From Blastocatellia bacterium (GTDB lineage Bacteria > Acidobacteriota > Blastocatellia > UBA7656), in NCBI GenBank assembly GCA_036003885.1, contig DASYSA010000642.1, positions 1 to 40,812 of the forward strand: a DNA stretch of 40,812 nt. Reading direction: 5' to 3'. A program made the translations under genes and the position numbers. The notes beneath the pieces were generated by a model that worked only from the letters and a program-made list of their open reading frames with translations, had not been told where the DNA came from and made no database searches. Positions 29,219 through 36,189 of the stretch are shown one piece after another (within the stretch, counting starts at the first letter, position 1; each line of letters starts with the position of its first letter).

Positions 29219-31102
29219 ATGCCGGTTATTGAACTGAGCATGAGCGGCCGACCAAGGTCTGAGCGAGTTGTCGGAATCGATCTGGGCACCACGAACAGTC
29301 TGATCGCCTATATGGGCGAAGGAGGTCCGCAGGTAATTCGCGACGAGACAGGAAACGGTCTCGTGCCGTCGATAGTCTATTACGATAGCCAGCAAAGGCG
29401 CTTGCTTGTGGGCGAAGAGGCGCGCGCCAAACTGATCACGGAGCCGCGAAAGGCGATCTACTCGGTGAAGCGCTTCATGGGAAAGGGCAGCGCGGACGTT
29501 CAGGAAGACCTCAGCCTCTCGCCCTTTAAGATCGCGTCCGGCAGTGACCAGGTAATTCGCTTTCAGATGGGCGACCGCGTCTTCACGCCGCCCGAGATCT
29601 CTGCTTTCATTCTTCGCGATCTCAAGGAGCGCGCCTCCAGGTTCTTCGGCGAAGAGGTGGCCCAGGCAGTCATCACCGTTCCAGCCTACTTCAATGACGC
29701 GGAGCGGCAGGCGACCAAGGACGCAGGCCATCTCGCGGGACTTGACGTCCTGCGCATCGTGAATGAGCCGACGGCTGCCTCGCTCGCTTATGGAATCGAC
29801 AAGCGCGCGGAGGCGGTCGTCGCTGTGTATGACCTGGGTGGTGGCACGTTCGACATCTCTATTCTGAAGTTGAAAGAAGGGATATTCGAGGTGCTTGCGA
29901 CCAATGGAGACACACACCTTGGCGGCGACGATATCGACAACCACCTGATCAGTCTCGTACTGAGTGAGATCGCCGAGCGGTCCGGTCGGAATCTCGATGG
30001 CGATCCAGGCGCATTCCAGGTTCTTCGAAAAGCCTGCATCGCGGCGAAGCACGAATTGTCGGCATCAATGACTGCCCTGATCGATGTCGATCTTGGTGAA
30101 GGGGGCGGAGGCCGATACCGCCGCGAGATTACTCGCGAAGAGTTCGACCTGTTGATCGACGATCTCGTTGAGCGCACGCTCGGCCCCTGCAGAAAGGCGC
30201 TGGGAGACGCGGACCTCGACCCGGAGCAAATTGACGAAGTCATCATGGTAGGCGGATCGACCCGCATTCCGCTGGTCCGTCGACGCGTCGAGGAAGTGTT
30301 CAAGCGCAAGCCTCACCTCGAACTGAACCCCGACGAAGTAGTTGCGCTGGGCGCGGCGATCCAGGCCGACATTCTGGGCGGCGGACGCAGAGATCTGTTG
30401 CTTCTGGATGTCACCCCGCTCAGCCTTGGAATCGAGACCATGGGCGGCGTAGTCGCGAAGATCATCAATCGCAACTCGACGATCCCGGCTTCCGCCTCCG
30501 AGATGTTCACAACCTGGGTCGACAACCAGACCGGGATCGACATTCATGTCTTACAAGGTGAACGTGAGATGGCCGACGACTGCAGGAGCCTTGCGAAGTT
30601 CACTCTGAAAGGGATCCCTCCGCAGCCGGCGGGGCTGCCGCGCATCGAGGTGCGATTCCTCATCGACGCAAACGGCATCCTGACCGTCAGCGCGCGGGAC
30701 CAGCGAACAGGACAGGAACAGTCGATAGAAGTGAAGCCGTCTTATGGTTTGAGCGACGAGCAGATCGAGCAGATGCTTATCGACTCGGTTGAGTTCGCAG
30801 AAGAGGACATCCGCAGGCGCCAGGTGATCGAATCACGTAACGAAGCGGAGACCGTTATGCGGGCGGCGGAGAAGGCGCTGGCGGAGCGGGCCGAAGCATT
30901 GGTCGGCAAAGAAGAGCAGGATGCGATAAGACACGCGCTTGATGAACTCCGGCTGGCTGTTGCCGGCGAGGATCACCTTTTGATTCGTGAAAGGATCAAA
31001 CAGCTTGATGACGCGTCTCAGCACCTTGCGGAGATGATTATGGATAACGCGGTGCTTGCGGCGCTTAAGGACCGCAAAGCGTCGGAGGTTGCCGAAGGCT
31101 AG
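29219..31102 (+). CDS. hscA: Fe-S assembly chaperone HscA (Hsp70 family)
   Basis: GIDLGTTNS, DLGGGTFDIS, GGSTRIP and other Hsp70 ATPase motifs. AAGGAGGAG lies upstream of the ATG. Its position in the isc operon fits. Confidence 0.95.
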   Translation: MPVIELSMSGRPRSERVVGIDLGTTNSLIAYMGEGGPQVIRDETGNGLVPSIVYYDSQQRRLLVGEEARAKLITEPRKAIYSVKRFMGKGSADVQEDLSLSPFKIASGSDQVIRFQMGDRVFTPPEISAFILRDLKERASRFFGEEVAQAVITVPAYFNDAERQATKDAGHLAGLDVLRIVNEPTAASLAYGIDKRAEAVVAVYDLGGGTFDISILKLKEGIFEVLATNGDTHLGGDDIDNHLISLVLSEIAERSGRNLDGDPGAFQVLRKACIAAKHELSASMTALIDVDLGEGGGGRYRREITREEFDLLIDDLVERTLGPCRKALGDADLDPEQIDEVIMVGGSTRIPLVRRRVEEVFKRKPHLELNPDEVVALGAAIQADILGGGRRDLLLLDVTPLSLGIETMGGVVAKIINRNSTIPASASEMFTTWVDNQTGIDIHVLQGEREMADDCRSLAKFTLKGIPPQPAGLPRIEVRFLIDANGILTVSARDQRTGQEQSIEVKPSYGLSDEQIEQMLIDSVEFAEEDIRRRQVIESRNEAETVMRAAEKALAERAEALVGKEEQDAIRHALDELRLAVAGEDHLLIRERIKQLDDASQHLAEMIMDNAVLAALKDRKASEVAEG

Positions 31103-31104
31103 AT

Positions 31105-31497
31105 ATGGAAGCAGCAGAGAAAAGCGGAGCCGCAGTCGCGGAGACCGACGGCCCGGAGACGGGAAAGAAGGCCTACAGGGTCACGTTCATTTTGCCCGAC
31201 GGCAAGACGGAGACGGTGGAATACGAGCCCGGTGTTACACCGTACCACGAGCACGGTCTGGAGGGATCGCTTCTGGATGTTGCGCTGAACTTCAGTATCC
31301 CTCTCGAACACGCGTGTGGGGGAAACTGCGCCTGCACGACATGTCACGTCATAGTGAAGCAGGGCGAAGAGAACCTCTCCGAGATGCAAGATAACGAAGA
31401 GGATCGCCTCTATTTGGCTGACGGGCTGACCCTGCACTCGCGGTTGGGTTGTCAGGCGGTCGTCAAGGGTGACGTGACGGTTGAAATAGCAGACTAG
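31105..31497 (+). CDS. fdx: [2Fe-2S] ferredoxin (ISC-type Fdx)
   Basis: CGGNCACTTCHV...LGCQ, an adrenodoxin-type Cys pattern. There is an N-terminal extension of about 20 aa. Confidence 0.9.
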   Translation: MEAAEKSGAAVAETDGPETGKKAYRVTFILPDGKTETVEYEPGVTPYHEHGLEGSLLDVALNFSIPLEHACGGNCACTTCHVIVKQGEENLSEMQDNEEDRLYLADGLTLHSRLGCQAVVKGDVTVEIAD

Positions 31498-31522
31498 CTC
31501 AATGTGACGCGGAGAAAAACTC

Positions 31523-31738
31523 ATGCGGGAATTGAAGTGGACTGACACAGAAGAGATTGCTATAAAACTCCTTGAGACACATCCGGACATCGATCCGCTC
31601 ACCGTGCGCTTCACCGACCTGCACCGGTACGTTATGGAGCTCGAGGGCTTCAGCGACGATTCAAGAGAATCGAATGAAAAGAAGCTGGAAGCCATCCAAA
31701 TGGCCTGGCACGAAGAGTGGACAGAAGAGAATGAATAG
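31523..31738 (+). CDS. iscX: Fe-S assembly protein IscX (YfhJ)
   Basis: MRELKWTDTEEIAIKLLETHPDIDPLTVRFTDLHRYVMELEGFSDD is a characteristic IscX sequence. It is the last gene of the isc operon. Confidence 0.8.
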   Translation: MRELKWTDTEEIAIKLLETHPDIDPLTVRFTDLHRYVMELEGFSDDSRESNEKKLEAIQMAWHEEWTEENE

Positions 31739-31876
31739 TCATTTGTCATTTGTCATTTGTCATTTGTCATTGGTCATTGGTCACTTGTCATTTGTCATTG
31801 GCTATTCGCGCGGGGCAGATGACCAAGGACAAGTGACGAGTGACAAGTGACAAATGACAAATGACAACCGACCAAT
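31738..31876. repeat. Heptamer-array inverted repeat (hairpin module D), units GTCATTT/GTCATTG versus GACAAGT/GACAAAT
   Basis: The left arm has 9 units (31738-31800) and starts with the G of the iscX TAG stop. The loop is 20 nt (31801-31820). The right arm has 8 units (31821-31876), and its last unit, GACCAAT, overlaps the ATG at 31875. In the best register the arms are complementary at most positions (every GAC/GTC triplet and about 23 of 32 variable positions, by my count). Confidence 0.9.
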
Positions 31877-33080
31877 GAAGGTCTATCTCGACAACAGCGC
31901 TACAACTGCCGTCGCTCCGGAAGTCATCGAGGCGATGCTGCCATTTCTGTCCGCAGACTTCGGCAACGCGCAGTCGGTCCACTCTTTTGGACAGGGCGCC
32001 AAAGCCGCTGTTGAGAAGGGGCGCCGCCAGGTTGCCTCCCTCCTGAATGCCGCCCCAGCCGAGATAGTCTTCGTCTCCGGAGGCACTGAAGCCGACAATC
32101 TCGCACTGCGCGGCATTTGCAATGCCCACATGAAGTATGGCCGGCACATCATCACCACGAGCATCGAGCATCCCGCCGTGCTTGCGACCTGCGAAGAGCT
32201 TGAACGCAGCGGCTTCCGCGTTACGTATCTGCCGATTTCGTCGAGGGGGCTCGTGAACGTCAATGACCTCCGCGCAGCAATCGCAGCAGACACAATCCTG
32301 ATCTCGGTAATGCATGCCAACAATGAGACCGGAACCGTGCAACCGATCGAAAAGATAGCCCACGTTGTAGCTTCAGCCCGTGCACAAGGAAGCAGGCACT
32401 TGCATTTTCATACCGACGCTGTGCAGTCGACCGGCAAGATATCTATCGATGTTAAGCGACTCGGCGTCGATCTGCTTTCGCTCTCCGGGCACAAGATTCA
32501 TGCCCCTAAGGGCGTCGGGGCGCTCTTCGTCCGAAAGGGCGTCAGGCTTGCCAGGATCTCTTTTGGGGGACACCAGGAGCGGGACCGCAGACCCGGCACG
32601 GAGAATGTTCCTGGCATAGTAGCCCTGGGACGGGCTGCCGAATACGCTTCCGCCAACTCAGACAGCGGCCCTGCGCGAATGCGTGAGCTTAGAGACTATC
32701 TCGAACAGCAGATTATCGCGCGATGCGAGGGCGTGCAGGTGAACGGCGACGTTGAGCGGCGGGTGCCCAACATTTCGAACCTGAGCTTTCGGGGGGTGGA
32801 TGGAGAGAGCCTGCTCATCGCGCTCGACTTAAGAGGGATCGCCGTATCGACCGGATCGGCGTGCGCTTCAGGGTCGCTTGAACCGAGTCATGTGCTCACG
32901 GCGCTTGGACTCAGTCGCCAGGAAGTTCGAGGCAGTCTGCGCTTCAGCCTGAGCGTATATACCACACGCGACGAGATCGATTATGCAGTTTCGGCGCTGG
33001 AGGAAACCCTCGAGCGGCTCCGCGGTATGCTGCCATCCGAAGGCCCGGAGACCAGGGAAAGCGTGGTCTCTGATCTGTAG
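31875..33080 (+). CDS. Second cysteine desulfurase (NifS/IscS-like class V aminotransferase)
   Basis: MKVYLDNSATT, SGHKIHAPKGVGALFVRKG, the active-site loop STGSACASGSLEPSHVL. The start is set at the ATG at 31875. The track start at 31854 lies inside the heptamer array. Confidence 0.9.
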   Translation: MKVYLDNSATTAVAPEVIEAMLPFLSADFGNAQSVHSFGQGAKAAVEKGRRQVASLLNAAPAEIVFVSGGTEADNLALRGICNAHMKYGRHIITTSIEHPAVLATCEELERSGFRVTYLPISSRGLVNVNDLRAAIAADTILISVMHANNETGTVQPIEKIAHVVASARAQGSRHLHFHTDAVQSTGKISIDVKRLGVDLLSLSGHKIHAPKGVGALFVRKGVRLARISFGGHQERDRRPGTENVPGIVALGRAAEYASANSDSGPARMRELRDYLEQQIIARCEGVQVNGDVERRVPNISNLSFRGVDGESLLIALDLRGIAVSTGSACASGSLEPSHVLTALGLSRQEVRGSLRFSLSVYTTRDEIDYAVSALEETLERLRGMLPSEGPETRESVVSDL

Positions 33081-33121
33081 TCACTTGTCACTTGTCACTT
33101 GTCACTTGTCACTTGTCACTG
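33080..33121. repeat. Solitary G/T-rich heptamer array (module E), unit GTCACTT x5 plus GTCACTG
   Basis: It starts with the G of the TAG stop at 33078-33080 and ends 5 nt before the ATG at 33127. It is complementary to the GACAAGT units of the right arm of module D, on the other side of the desulfurase gene. Confidence 0.9.
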
Positions 33122-33126
33122 AAGCA

Positions 33127-33486
33127 ATGTACACCCGACAGGTAGCAGATCATATTGCCAATCCCCGCAACGTGGGCGAGCTTCGAGACCCTTCGGGCAT
33201 TGGAGACGTGACGAACGCTGTCTGCATGGACAGAATCCGGCTCACCGTTCGCATCGAAGGCGATAGGCTTGTGGACGCGAAGGTGAAGGCGGACGGGTGT
33301 CCCCCGACCATCGCGGCGGCCTCGGCTTTGACCGAGTTGATCATCGGCCGATCGCTTGTTGAGATCCGGTCTTTCGACAGAACAACTGTGACCGAGGCGC
33401 TCGGCCGTCTTCCCGCCGCAAAGATGCACTGCGCGGTGTTGGCGATCGACGCGTTGCGCGCATCGATCGAAAGCGCGGTACGATGA
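33127..33486 (+). CDS. IscU/NifU-N-like Fe-S scaffold paralog
   Basis: ADHIANPRNVGEL, VCMD (Cys-x-Asp), DGCPPTIAAAS, KMHCAVLAIDAL. The three Cys, the Asp and the His are retained. The track start at 32983 reads through the heptamer array and overlaps the upstream gene. Confidence 0.8.
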   Translation: MYTRQVADHIANPRNVGELRDPSGIGDVTNAVCMDRIRLTVRIEGDRLVDAKVKADGCPPTIAAASALTELIIGRSLVEIRSFDRTTVTEALGRLPAAKMHCAVLAIDALRASIESAVR

Positions 33487-33528
33487 GTTCGACACACCGC
33501 CCGCAGTCCGTCTGCAAGTGGAGGCGTG

Positions 33529-34221
33529 ATGTTTGAGAGATATACAGAGAAAGCGCGGCGAGTGATCTTCTTCGCTCGATACGAAGCAAGTCAGTTCGGA
33601 GCGCTGGCGATTGAAGCCGAACACATTCTTTTGGGGATATTGCGAGAAGACAAGATACTGGTGCAGAGTCTCTTCCCCAACGCTCACGCGGCGCTTGACT
33701 CGATCCGCCGCGAGATTGAGTCACGCACGATAACGAAAGACAAGATTCACGCTTCGGTCGATCTGCCGTTGTCGCCCGGCGCCAAGCAGGCTATGACGTA
33801 TGCCGCTGACGAGAGAGAAAAGTTTCACAACCGCCACATTGGTACTGAACATCTGATGCTTGGACTGATCAGGGACAAGAAATCACTCGCGAGCGAGCTT
33901 CTACGCGCTCGCGGAGTCACGGCCGAAAAGGTGGTCGATTTCATCACCAACCTGGCGGGTGTTCATAACGAGGAGAAGTTCGACGCGATCTCGCGCGACG
34001 ACGCTCAGACCGCTGAACGACTCTCAAGCCCGCTGTGGCTGCTGGTGGACCTGCTCGCGCGGAAGGGACTCCTTACGCGGGAGGAGTTCATGGGAGAACT
34101 CCTCGGCAAGGACGCTTCTATTAATATCCTAAAAGCGTTCAATCGGCTGCTCGAGCTGCTCGTGCGCAAGGGCATCATCAGCGACGATGAGAGGCGAGAG
34201 ATATCAGCTGGGCAGAGCTGA
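33529..34221 (+). CDS. Clp N-terminal (Clp_N repeat) domain-containing protein
   Basis: MFERYTEKARRVIFFARYEASQFGALAIEAEHILLGILRE and a second repeat (AKQAMTYAADEREKFHNRHIGTEHLMLGLIRD) match the ClpA/B/C N-domain. No AAA+ module follows. Confidence 0.8.
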   Translation: MFERYTEKARRVIFFARYEASQFGALAIEAEHILLGILREDKILVQSLFPNAHAALDSIRREIESRTITKDKIHASVDLPLSPGAKQAMTYAADEREKFHNRHIGTEHLMLGLIRDKKSLASELLRARGVTAEKVVDFITNLAGVHNEEKFDAISRDDAQTAERLSSPLWLLVDLLARKGLLTREEFMGELLGKDASINILKAFNRLLELLVRKGIISDDERREISAGQS

Positions 34222-34905
34222 GCCGCACGACGGGCAGAATATTTCACCGGGCTCCACCGCCGCGCCGCAATCAGTGCACGACGGAGTTTCTATCACTTCC
34301 ACATCCGGCGTATCCGGCTCGTTAAGGAAGGAACCGCACCCGATACAGAACAGATCCTGGGGGTTCGAGCGACTGTTGCAGACGGGACAGACTATCAGAC
34401 CGCTGTCAGACTTTGGAATCCCTGGATCTATGAGGGGACCGGTAATTTTTAATTGGTCGTCCATCTTCACCTTCCGACCTGTGCTTTCAGGAGGCCTACC
34501 GACTGGCTGAGGCTCGGCTATCAACTCAGGTACCGGCACAGCTCTCAGTTCAGGTTCTGGCACGGGTATGAGCTCGGCTCTCAGTTCAGGTCCTGGCTCG
34601 GGTATCAGCTCAGCTTTCAATTCAGGTTCTGGCTCGGGTTCCGGCTCCTCTTCTTCAGGCAGTATGTCCTCTGCGCGAAGAATCACTGAGCCGGGAGTGT
34701 CGGCCATAACGTGCCCGGTAAAAGCAGCGGCCGGCGCGACCATAACCCGGGCCATCGGAGGCCTGGGCGGTGGCTTCGGCGGTGGCTCAGGCTGAACCAG
34801 AGCCGCTCGAAGGCGCTCCGCTTCTTCCTGTTGCTCCTCCGGAGTTAGAGCGTTGAAAGCAGCAAGGTCTGTATAGAGGTCTATCTCCATATCGAGTGGC
34901 CGCAC
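34204..34905 (-). CDS. Double zinc-ribbon protein with a Pro/Glu-rich repeat region
   Basis: The C-terminus has CPVCNSRS...FCIGCGSFL and CTDCGAAV...FCPSCGSAL. The middle has tandem PELKAELIPEPG / PELRAELIPVPE / PELRAVPVPE repeats. GTG start at 34905 (alternative ATG at 34890). It overlaps the 3' end of the Clp_N gene by 18 nt in convergent orientation. Confidence 0.6.
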   Translation of the reverse strand: MRPLDMEIDLYTDLAAFNALTPEEQQEEAERLRAALVQPEPPPKPPPRPPMARVMVAPAAAFTGHVMADTPGSVILRAEDILPEEEEPEPEPEPELKAELIPEPGPELRAELIPVPEPELRAVPVPELIAEPQPVGRPPESTGRKVKMDDQLKITGPLIDPGIPKSDSGLIVCPVCNSRSNPQDLFCIGCGSFLNEPDTPDVEVIETPSCTDCGAAVEPGEIFCPSCGSALPS

Positions 34906-35100
34906 CCCTCAAGGCTGAGGCGACCCTGGCAATGTCTTTGACGAACAGACTGTTACAAGACTTCTCTCAATGGGGATCAGATGGAGGCAGAGGGCTTCAT
35001 TCTACAACACGCCTTTCTGCATTTCTATACTAATTATTGGCGGGATTGGTTGGTCGGCGTTTCGGGACGAGTGATACTATCTCGGTTCCTGGTGTAACTT

Positions 35101-36114
35101 ATGCCAACAGAAGGTCAAATAATCTCTCGAATCAAGGCGCTCGTGCGGGACAGCCGCCGAGTGACCGTCGGCATAGGGGACGATGCCGCCGTTTTAAGCC
35201 TCGAAGAGGGCTCCGATTTGATCGCCTGCTGCGATTTGCTGGTTGAGGGCGTTCACTTTCGGGCCGGGTGGTCACCGCCGAAGTTGTTAGGTCACAAAGC
35301 GCTTGCGGTTACGTTGAGCGATGTGGCCGCAATGGGCGCCGTCGCACGCTTCGCCATGGTCAGCGTAGCCTTCCCGCCCTCAACCAGTTCCGAGTTTGTC
35401 GACGATCTCGTCAGCGGCATTGTCGAGCTGGCCGACCGGTCCGGAGTGACGATCATCGGCGGTGACACGTCCGGCTCTCCAGGCCCGCTGTTCCTCGACA
35501 CCAGCGTGCTTGGCGAATGCGCGCGAGGTCGAGCGGTCAGACGCAGCGGCGCGACGGCTGGAGACACCATCTACGTGACAGGCCACCTCGGGGCTTCGGC
35601 ACTCGGACTGCACCTGCTTGAAGCAGGGCATAGATTGGAAGATGAAATCTCTGATGATGTGAGCAGGGCGTGCCGGCGGGCATTGCTGAAGCACCTCGCA
35701 CCTGAGCCGAGGTTGAAGCTCGGTCAGGCGATCGGTGAAGCCGGGCTTGCAACGGCGATGATAGACATCAGCGACGGGCTGAGCACGGATCTGTGCCACG
35801 TACTTGAAGAAAGCGGCTGCGGCGCTATCATTCACGCCACCTCGCTCCCGACGGCAGAATGTGCGCTTTCACTCTCCCCGACCGATTCAAGCATCGACTT
35901 ACTGAGTCTTGCATTGCACGGAGGAGAAGAATACGAATTGCTTTTTACTTCTCGACCAGAAAGCGAAGGAGATTTACTTGAGCTTTCGAACTCCATGGGC
36001 GTACGAATCACTGCTATCGGCGAGACAGTCGTCGGATCGGGTCTGCAGCTGGAGCATAACAAGCTGACCGAACCAGTTCTTCCGGCGGGCTACGAACACG
36101 GGGGAAGGATCTAG
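35101..36114 (+). CDS. thiL: Thiamine-monophosphate kinase
   Basis: GIGDDAAVL, DLLVEGVHF, ALAVTLSDVAAMGA, GGDTS, DISDGL. These are the AIR-synthase-related fold motifs of ThiL. Confidence 0.9.
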   Translation: MPTEGQIISRIKALVRDSRRVTVGIGDDAAVLSLEEGSDLIACCDLLVEGVHFRAGWSPPKLLGHKALAVTLSDVAAMGAVARFAMVSVAFPPSTSSEFVDDLVSGIVELADRSGVTIIGGDTSGSPGPLFLDTSVLGECARGRAVRRSGATAGDTIYVTGHLGASALGLHLLEAGHRLEDEISDDVSRACRRALLKHLAPEPRLKLGQAIGEAGLATAMIDISDGLSTDLCHVLEESGCGAIIHATSLPTAECALSLSPTDSSIDLLSLALHGGEEYELLFTSRPESEGDLLELSNSMGVRITAIGETVVGSGLQLEHNKLTEPVLPAGYEHGGRI

Positions 36115-36189
36115 GATCTAGGATCTAGGATCCGAGAGGTCCTAGATCCCAGATCCTAAATCCTAAATCCTAGATCCTAGATCCTACCT
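36107..36189. repeat. Heptamer-array inverted repeat (hairpin module F), unit GGATCTA / CCTAGAT; candidate bidirectional terminator
   Basis: The left arm (36107-36134) is GGATCTA x3 plus GGATCCG. The right arm (36141-36189) is CCTAGAT CCCAGAT CCTAAAT CCTAAAT CCTAGAT CCTAGAT CCTACCT. Manual pairing of 36107-36132 with 36145-36170 gives 26 positions with 3 mismatches. The thiL TAG (36112-36114) and the TAG of the convergent gene (complement of 36184-36186) both lie inside the arrays. Confidence 0.9.

Noticed and set aside
28523-30052. 509-aa minus-strand ORF
   Set aside because: It is entirely antisense to hscB and hscA, which have unmistakable homology. I recognise no motifs in it, so it is an artefact of GC-rich codon bias.
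31766-31779. GTCATTGGTCATTG contains TTGGTCA, the cyanobacterial STRR2 heptamer, which raised the idea that the window is cyanobacterial
   Set aside because: Gene content and order do not look cyanobacterial (acidobacterial-type kinase-TPR, full iscRSUA-hscBA-fdx-iscX operon, SpoIVB-like gene). The match is only 7 nt. I keep it only as an analogy in period.
31572-33126. ORFs that translate the heptamer arrays (31572-31850, 31788-32363, and the 32983 start of the IscU-like ORF), giving 7-aa repeats such as HLSLVIG or SLVTCHL
   Set aside because: Three 7-nt units equal 21 nt, so any frame gives a 7-aa repeat. These readings overlap better-supported genes, and homology to IscU/NifS starts only at the downstream ATGs.
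34906-35100. TPP riboswitch upstream of thiL
   Set aside because: No CUGAGA or ACCUGAUCUGGAUAAUGCCAGCG-like THI-box elements are visible in the spacer.
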